From: Nitrospirota bacterium
GTDB taxonomy: Bacteria; Nitrospirota; UBA9217
DNA length: 64,000 nucleotides
Assembly: GCA_963818475.1 (NCBI GenBank)
Contig: CAWFSF010000005.1
Coordinates: forward strand, 32,001 to 96,000
Direction of reading: 5' to 3'
Below the pieces are notes generated by a model. That model ran no database searches, had not been told where the DNA came from, and saw only the letters and a list, made by a program, of their open reading frames with translations. This document shows, in pieces, positions 56,811 through 64,000 of the stretch (within the stretch, counting starts at the first letter, position 1; each line of letters starts with the position of its first letter). The translations under genes and the position numbers were made by a program.

Positions 56811-56826
56811 AGCAATATTTGTACCA
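56811..56826 (-). promoter_or_regulatory. Sigma54 promoter of the chemotaxis operon
   Basis: TGGTACAAATATTGCT = TGGYA-N-TTGCW with exact GG-N10-GC spacing. Confidence 0.75.
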
Positions 56827-57057
56827 TCAGTTGCTTTTTTTTAATAGTCGTCTTAAATCAAATAGTTAGCTGTTATAAAATCAAAGAAACTGTCCGGAAA
56901 CACTACGGTATTAATAGATCGATAGCCATAATTTGGCAGAAGGGCGCCATCGTGGAGCCAGGGTACGAACAAATGTCACTGCGACCCTCTGCTCCCTTAG
57001 AGAACCACTTGTTTACGCAACGCAACGAAACATGAAAGGAAGGCTTTCGAGGACAAC

Positions 57058-57086
57058 AAAAAAGCCCCGGAAGGTTCCGGGGCTTG
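57058..57086 (-). terminator. Rho-independent terminator after csp
   Basis: AAGCCCCGGAA-GG-TTCCGGGGCTT plus T-run. Confidence 0.85.
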
Positions 57087-57123
57087 GATAAGGTATATGC
57101 AATGGTACTGTTTAGGAAATGGC

Positions 57124-57324
57124 CTAGGCCTTCATAACGTTGGCGGCCTGAAGTCCCTTGGGGCCCTTCACGACCTCGAAGGTGACCTTGTCGCCTTCAT
57201 TCAACGACTTGAAGCCATCGCCTGCGATTGCCGAAAAATGTACGAATACGTCCTCACCATTTTCCTGCGTGATGAAACCAAACCCCTTGCTGTTGTTGAA
57301 CCACTTGACAACTCCATTTGCCAT
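57124..57324 (-). CDS. Cold-shock protein
   Basis: [27 protein letters not shown]. Confidence 0.97.
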   Translation of the reverse strand: MANGVVKWFNNSKGFGFITQENGEDVFVHFSAIAGDGFKSLNEGDKVTFEVVKGPKGLQAANVMKA

Positions 57325-57471
57325 GTTTACCATCTCCTATGCATCTTTGATTGAATTCTACCCGGGAATACTCCACGGATGCTAGAAGCATACCGTTTTC
57401 CGGGTACCGTGTCAAGCTGATATTTACGTTTTTAGGCGCCGCGCCGGGAGCGGCGCTCCGGGCTTCCGGCA

Positions 57472-60400
57472 TCATGATCGCTGCCCGCAGGACCGCGCCT
57501 GGTGCATGAACGCTTCAAGCCGCGTAAGTGTATGGGAATCCTGCTGCCCTTCGTAGGCGATGTTCAGCATTGGCAGGAACGGATGGTCTTCCCGCACACG
57601 CTTCAGCACGGCCGAGGTGATCGTCCCGGGCATGCAGGAAAGCGGCATCACGTTCACGATGCCGGAGACGCCTTGATTGATAAAGTCAATGGCCTTGCCC
57701 ACGGACAGGACAGCCTCCCCCTCGAAAGAGTCATGGAGGTAAGGCCGCGCCAGCTGCAGGGTCCGCGCTATGGACGGTTCATGGAGACTTCTGAATGCGC
57801 CGTTGAATTTTCCCAGGAACTGCGACTCGTCGCGCTGCTGCACCCAGGCGGTCAGATGCGCGGTGAGCAGCGCTTTCCAGGACCGGTTCATGCGCGCCGA
57901 CGTCTTGGAGGTTTCCGTAAGATAGAGCAGCCACTCCGAGATGGGAGCGACCCAGGCTTCGCCTCCCAGAGCCTCGATCTGCCGGACCAGCCCTTCGTTG
58001 CTGTAACGGTTCGAGCGGATATAGATCTCGCCCACCACACCGATCACCGGCCTGCTGCGCGGCGCTACGGCGATCTGCATGAACGCGGCATAGGCCTGCT
58101 CCAGCACGGTGGACAGCGCGGACCGGTTCTCTATGGCTCGGACGAGCGAATCCAGCGACGCGCCGTAGATGCGGTCCGTCTGGCCCTGCTGCAGTTCATA
58201 GGGCCTGATCTCGCGCAGCATCTTCTCCAGCAGATCGACGGCAAGCGTCCCCTGCCAGCACATGCGCACAAAGTTCCGGTCCAGCACGCGCACGTCGCGG
58301 TGCAGGGTCTCATCCTGCATGGGCGCAAAGATGGGCACGTGCTCCAGACCCATGCTGTCCAGCACCTGCCGGTGGTATTGCCGGTACTGGCCGAAGCGGC
58401 ACGGGCCTTTGCCTCCCGGCATGAAAAAGGCGCTCCTGCCAGGGTCGAAATCCTTTTTTTGCGTGGCCTTCACCATATCACCGACCGTGAGCATGAGCGG
58501 GTAGCACTCTCTGCCGGAGCTGTGCTCCCTGCCGATGCGACGGGTCTCACTGTCCGATTCAGGCAGCACGACTGCATCGACATCGCAGGCCCGGAACGCC
58601 GCGGCAAGCGCATGGGCATGGTCTGCCATGGCCGGCACATAGACGGTCCGGTTCTCCAGCGACCCGTCCTCTTCGCTGCGCGGAGCAGGCTTCGGTGCGC
58701 TGGCGCTCTGGCCCAGGCTGTCCAGGAAAGCCTCGATCCTCGTGATCGCGCCGGCGTCAGCGCTGTGTTCGTCGATCTCGAGCTGCAGGAACGGCTTGGA
58801 GCCCATCTCCTCGCGGAAAAAATGCGTGATGAACGAATCGGGTCCGCACCCGAAATTGGTGATGTAGACCGGATAGAGGTTCGGATGGTCCTTGATGAAC
58901 CTGGCTGCTGCCAGGATCCGCTGTCCCGACCGCCAGTACATGGACTCCCAGCCCGCCAGGTCGACCTCGTTCAGCGGCAGCAGGTCCATGGGGATGGCGC
59001 GGATGCCGAGATCGCGGATCTTTGCGGGCAGGTTCATGTTCAGCCCGGCGTCACAGGTATTATAGGAGCGCCCGATGAGGACAAAGGCCTTTTCGTCGGG
59101 AGCGAGCGTCGACAGAACCTGTTTGCTCCGTTCCGCAAGCGCGCTCACAAAAACCTGCTGGGCATCTTCCGCCTGCTGCTGCGCCCGTTTGACCCGTGCG
59201 GACGATCTGCCCAGGGCAGCGCCAACGGCTTTGAGGCTCCTGTCCCGGTGGCGACGGTCCTGCAGATGCAGCACCGGTTCGATCGTCCTGACATTCTTGA
59301 GCTGCAGTGTGGCCCGGGCGACATAGGGCAGGGACTGCACATAGGGACAGGCCTGCGTTCCGGAGTCCGCGCCCTCGGCCAGAGCAGGCAGCCTGACAAA
59401 GCTCGGCAGGAACAGGATGTCGACGTTCTGGTCAAGAAGATTCTGGATATGGCCCAGCGCAACGCGTGCCGGGAAACAGGTCTCGGCAACTGCGGCTTCG
59501 AGCCCCTTGTTGATGAGCGTCCGGTTCGTGCGGTCCGACAGTACGACCCGGTAGCCCAGGGAGGTGAAGAATGCCTGCCAAAAGGGCAGATAGTCGAGCA
59601 GGAACAGCGCGCGCGGGATGCCGATGGTCGGCGCTGCGGGATCAGCCGTCGCTCCTGCAGCCGTAATCAGACGCTCCCGCTCAACGAACAGGTCTTGCTG
59701 GCCGGCGTTGTCCGCGGTTTTTCTTTTCACGTCATACTTCTCGCACCGGCTGCCGTAGAACAACGGTGGTTCATTGTCGAAACTGACCCGCTGGATCGAG
59801 CAGCGGTTCGCACATTCGACGCATTCGAAGGTCGTGACCGCGTAGGGCCTGCTGCTCAGATCGAAGCCTTTAAACGAGCTTGATCCGCCGTTCCGTCCCT
59901 GCCGGGCCAGAAGCGCAGCGCCGATCGCACCCGTGACCTCGTGGTGGGGTGGCACCGACACGGTCTTGCCCGTTATGATCTCGAAGGCCGACACCACGGC
60001 CTTGTTCGAGGCAACGCCGCCCTGGAAGAAGATGCGGCTGCCCACCTTTTTACCGGCCACCACCTTGTTCAGATAATTATAGGCAATGGAGTAGGCCAGC
60101 CCGGCGGTCAGTTCTTCCACGCTTGAGCCGGTATTCATGGAATGCACCAGGTCCGATTCCATGAACACGGTGCAGCGTTCGCCCAGGCCGCAGGGCGTTG
60201 CCGCCTGAAAGGCGCGGTCCTCGAATTCTTTCCGGATGCTGATCCCGAGCCGCTCGGCCTGTTCTTCGAGGAACGAACCCGTGCCCGCTGCGCAGGCCTT
60301 GTTCATTTCGAAATCAACGACCGCCCCGTTCTGCAGGCTGATGTATTTCGAGTCCTGCCCGCCGATCTCGAAAATGGTGTCCACCGACGGATCGATCGCT

Positions 60401-61634
60401 GCCGCTGCCGTCGCCTGCGCCGTGATCTCATTTCTGATCACATCTGCACCGATCATGTCGCCCGTAAGGTACCGGCCGGAGCCCGTGGTCCCTGCCCCGC
60501 GGATGGAGACCCGATGGCCGATCTCCGCCCCAACCTCGGCGAGGCCCTGTTGCACGGCCTCGATGGGCCTGCCCGCTGTGGGCAGATACCGCTTCGCCAG
60601 CACGCGGCCTTGGGCATCGATCACGACAACATTGGTCGAAACGGACCCGACATCAACACCGAGGTAGGCTTCGACCGGCCCATCCGTGCCAACGGGCCCG
60701 TCATGGTCCGGTACCCGCGTGAACTGGGCAGGCATGCAAAGCGGACTCGCGCCAACAGGCTTCCCCTCACGACCTGATGCCGGACGAGCTGCAAGCAGGG
60801 CCGTCCCCACGTAGCGGACAGATCCGTCACGTTGCTCCCGGGCGATGAGCGCCGCGCCGATGGCGCCCGATGTCGCAAAATGCTCTGGCACGACCAGTTC
60901 CGATGCGTCCAGGCGCAGCACTTCCTGCAATGCCCGGCGCATGCCGAAGTTGGCGGCCACGCCGCCGAGAAAAAGGGCCGGGGTGACGATCTTCTTGCCT
61001 CTGCCGACCGTTGCCTTGAAATTCCTGACCATGGCAAAGCAGAGCCCCGCCACGATATCATGATCGGGCGTGGCGATCTGCTGCAAATGGATCATGTCGC
61101 TCTTGGCAAAAACGCTGCAGCGGCCGGCCACCCGGGGCGGTTTCGCTGACTTGAGCGCAAGGCGGCCGAAGGCTTCGATCGTAAGGTGCAGCCGCGACGC
61201 CTGCTGGTCGAGGAAGGAGCCGGTGCCCGCGGCGCAGACCGTGTTCATGGAGAAATCCTCGATCTCACCGCGCCGCCCGTTGCGTCGTGCCCAAGCATGA
61301 TAAGCTTGGCGTCCTCACCGCCCATCTCGATGATGCTCGCCGTTTCAGGGTGGAACCGGCCGGCAAAGCGCGCCTGCGCAAGGATCTCGTTGACGAACCG
61401 GGCGCCGATGAGTTCCGCAGCCTGTTTGCCGCCGCTGCCGGTGATGCCCGCCGTCCTGACCGCGGTCAGGGAAAACCGCGATGACAATGAAGCGAGCTCC
61501 TGTTCAAGGGAGCTGAGCGGGTCCCCCTTGATGCGCGTGTAGGTCTCGGCAAGCAGGCCGGCATGAGCGTCAATGAGCGCGGTCTTGATGCTGACCGACC
61601 CGATGTCAATGCCGAGAAAAAGATCGTTGTCCAT
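57472..61634 (-). CDS. Acyl-CoA dehydratase activase (two BadF/BcrA ATPase domains + DUF2229-like + dehydratase-like), frameshift ~61265
   Basis: GIDIGSVS/GVDVGSVS, GGEDAK/GGQDSK, CAAGTGSFL twice, NFGCGPDS, CMPG. Confidence 0.9.
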
Positions 61635-61893
61635 GAATAGTGCCTCGTTCGGAAAGCAGGTGTACACGTCCCGGATCAAACGTGTCCGGAACCCGCGTGA
61701 ACCTGCGGAAAATTATCATATAAAGTTAATAAAGTTATTATAAGGAGAACAGCAACCCGAGTCAACTGCACAGGGATTTTCCGGGAGGCAAGCCGTCGCC
61801 GATCACTTAGTAAAAATACTTGTAAGCAATAATAAAAAATGTTATATAATGCACTATCGTCACCAGTAAAATTCACCCTACCCAAGGAGCAGT

Positions 61894-63442
61894 ATGGCCG
61901 GCCTCTCAGGCATCGTAAAAAATCTGGCGATCCCCTGGCTTTTTCAGGACATCAAAAACGATAAAAAGACCGGTACCGCAGTCCTCGAAAAGGACGGCGC
62001 GATCAAAAAGATCTATTTCAGCAACGGCGACATCGTTTTTGCCTCGTCCAGCCTCAATGAGGACCGGCTGGCCGAGTTCCTGGTTCGTACCGGCAAGATC
62101 ACGGCAGAGCAGCGCGATACGCTTATAGAGGCGGTCAGGACGTCCGGCAAACAGGAGGGTACCGTGCTCATTGAGCGCTGCATCGTCAGGCCTGCCGACC
62201 TGGTCGACCAGGTGAACCAGCAGGTCAAGCAGATCATCCTGGACCTGTTCACCTGGCGAAACGGCACCTATCAGTTCAATGAAGGATCGCTGCCGCAGGC
62301 CGAGATCATTCCCCTCTCCATGACAACGGCAAGCGTGATCCTCGACGGCGTCGGAGCGCTGGACTGGCAGGTCATCCGAAGAGTGCTTCCCCCGCCCGAG
62401 ACCGTGCTCCGGCCGGCAGCGGTCCCGCCCCGGCTCTTCCGCGTCGCCGACCTGACCCCGGAGCAGAAGAACATCTACGCCATGATCAACGGCAGCCGCA
62501 CCATCGAGGAGCTCTGCTCCCTTTCGGTGGTCGGCGACTTCAACACCTACAAGGCGATCTACGCCCTGCTGGCAGTGCGCATGGTAGAGCCGGGAACGGC
62601 CGAGGACGCCCGCATGTCAACGCGCGATACCGGCACGGGCCGCCTCTGCGGACAGCGGGGACCCGGAGGCAGGCAAGGCAGGTCCCATTTCGCGGGATGC
62701 GATCCAGGAAGCCTATGCCGCACTGGACAAGCAGGATCATTATCAGATCCTCGGCGTCGACAAAACGATCACCCCGGCCGAACTGAAAAAAGTATATTTC
62801 CGGCTGGCCAAGCGCTACCACCCTGACAGTTACATCGAGCCGGACATGGCCGACATGAAAGCCAGACTCGAAACGCTTTTCACCAAGGTCAACCATGCAT
62901 ACGAGACGCTCAGCAATGATTTCAAACGCAATGAGTACGACCGCATGCAGGTGCAGGGAACAAAAAAGTCGCCCGAAGTGGTCAAGGCCCGGAGCGAGAA
63001 GCTGGAAAAAAGGGCGACGGCGGCAAAACAATTTGAGACCGGCATGTCCGCCTTCAAGGTAGGCAATTTCTGGGGCGCTGAGGAATCCTTCAAGTGGGCC
63101 TGCCAGTTCGACCCGGAGAACAGCAAATACTTTCACTTTCGCGGTATTTCGCTGTCACGCATTCCCCGGAGAAGCCACGAAGCCGAGGAGCACTTGCGTA
63201 AGGCGATCGAGCTTGATCCGGAGATCAGCAGCTACCATCTGGAACTGGGGAACCTCTACCTGAAGGGCGGGCTCAAAACCCGGGCTCTGCAGCTTTTCAA
63301 CGAGGCGCTCGAATTGGACCCCGCATCGGATGCTGCCCGAAAAGCCGTTGAGGCCGCCGGCGGAACAACTGCGCCGAATGCAGAGCCCACGGACCAGAGC
63401 GGTGTGTTCAAAAAAATATTCAAGGACGGCAAGAAGCCCTGA
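61894..63442 (+). CDS. DUF4388 + DnaJ + TPR protein (frameshift ~62630)
   Basis: KTGT..IYF.NG.IVFA N-terminal domain; DHYQILGV...AKRYHPD J-domain in shifted frame; TPR helices. Confidence 0.8.
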
Positions 63443-63447
63443 CCTTG

Positions 63448-64000
63448 TTATAGCCCTGCATGCAGTTTCAGAAGTTCGCCGATCAGATGATCAGCTTCGT
63501 GAGACTTCCCCTTCCGCAACAGATCGAGCACACCTGAACCGATGATCGCTTCAAGGACCTCCCGCCTGATCTTTTCGCTCCCGACCTTCTCCTGAAGACG
63601 CTTTCGCACAGCAGCCAGCCTCGTCAGCAACAACCCGTACTCAGGCCCGTACTGCTCCTCCAGTTCCTGCCGGATGCTCCTCGACAGCGCCGGACTCGCC
63701 CCGCTCGTTGATACGGCGATCACCAGGTCCCCGCGCTCCACCACCGACGGCACGATGAAGCTGCTCTCTTCGGGCGGCGCGGTAACATTCACGAGGATCC
63801 CTTTTTTTCGGCAAAGCTGCGCTACGGCACGATTGACGGTGAGGTCGTTGGTTGCGGCAATAACGAGGTGGGCGCCGGTAAGATGGGATTCCTGGAACAA
63901 GGCCGGGACCTGAAGGACCTTTCCGGATGCGGCAAGATCAGCCAGCGTTGGCGTAAGCGAAGGGCTCACGACCGTCACCCCGGCGCCCGCTTCAAGAAGG
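63448..64000 (-). CDS. Precorrin-2 dehydrogenase/sirohydrochlorin ferrochelatase (SirC/CysG-N), 5'-partial
   Basis: LVIAATND..VN, FIVPSVV.RG.L.IAVSTSGASPA. Confidence 0.9.
   Translation of the reverse strand, partial: LLEAGAGVTVVSPSLTPTLADLAASGKVLQVPALFQESHLTGAHLVIAATNDLTVNRAVAQLCRKKGILVNVTAPPEESSFIVPSVVERGDLVIAVSTSGASPALSRSIRQELEEQYGPEYGLLLTRLAAVRKRLQEKVGSEKIRREVLEAIIGSGVLDLLRKGKSHEADHLIGELLKLHAGL

Noticed and set aside
57502-59883. Long antisense ORFs (e.g. 793 aa here, 524 aa at 54321, 439 aa at 24798)
   Set aside because: Shadow frames of GC-rich genes on the opposite strand with no recognisable motifs.

Overview
GC-rich (~55-60% by eye) chromosomal segment of an anaerobe-type Gram-negative bacterium. 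Gene content and order (cinA-thpR-recA-pilT-recX-alaS, multiheme cytochromes, sigma54 systems) suggest Nitrospirota or Desulfobacterota, which is inference only. Almost all genes are on the minus strand. From left to right: (1) an extracellular-electron-transfer locus with a porin-cytochrome conduit (beta-barrel, pentaheme and lipoprotein multiheme), two tandem MtrC/OmcA-like decaheme lipoproteins, and a sigma54 two-component system whose kinase has a periplasmic CxxCH; (2) tig-clpP-clpX-engB and seven tRNAs; (3) peptide ABC permeases, mltG, ubiB-like kinase, phasin; (4) the pgpA...cinA-recA-alaS region, interrupted by a low-GC array of small genes with attC-like sites, no integrase, and a REP-flanked RAYT; (5) a rhodanese-rubrerythrin fusion with an in-frame TGA at the catalytic Cys position and a SECIS-like hairpin (likely selenoprotein), dus, an HsdR-N-like protein and a GroES with a histone-H1-like tail; (6) a sigma54-preceded chemotaxis cluster with three MCPs; (7) csp, acyl-CoA dehydratase activase, DUF4388-DnaJ-TPR and a partial sirC/cysG. 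Intergenic spaces hold several families of short inverted-repeat elements with 7- or 9-bp periodic arms. Many genes are frameshifted in a pattern (two wobble alleles written side by side) that indicates a consensus artefact rather than pseudogenisation.
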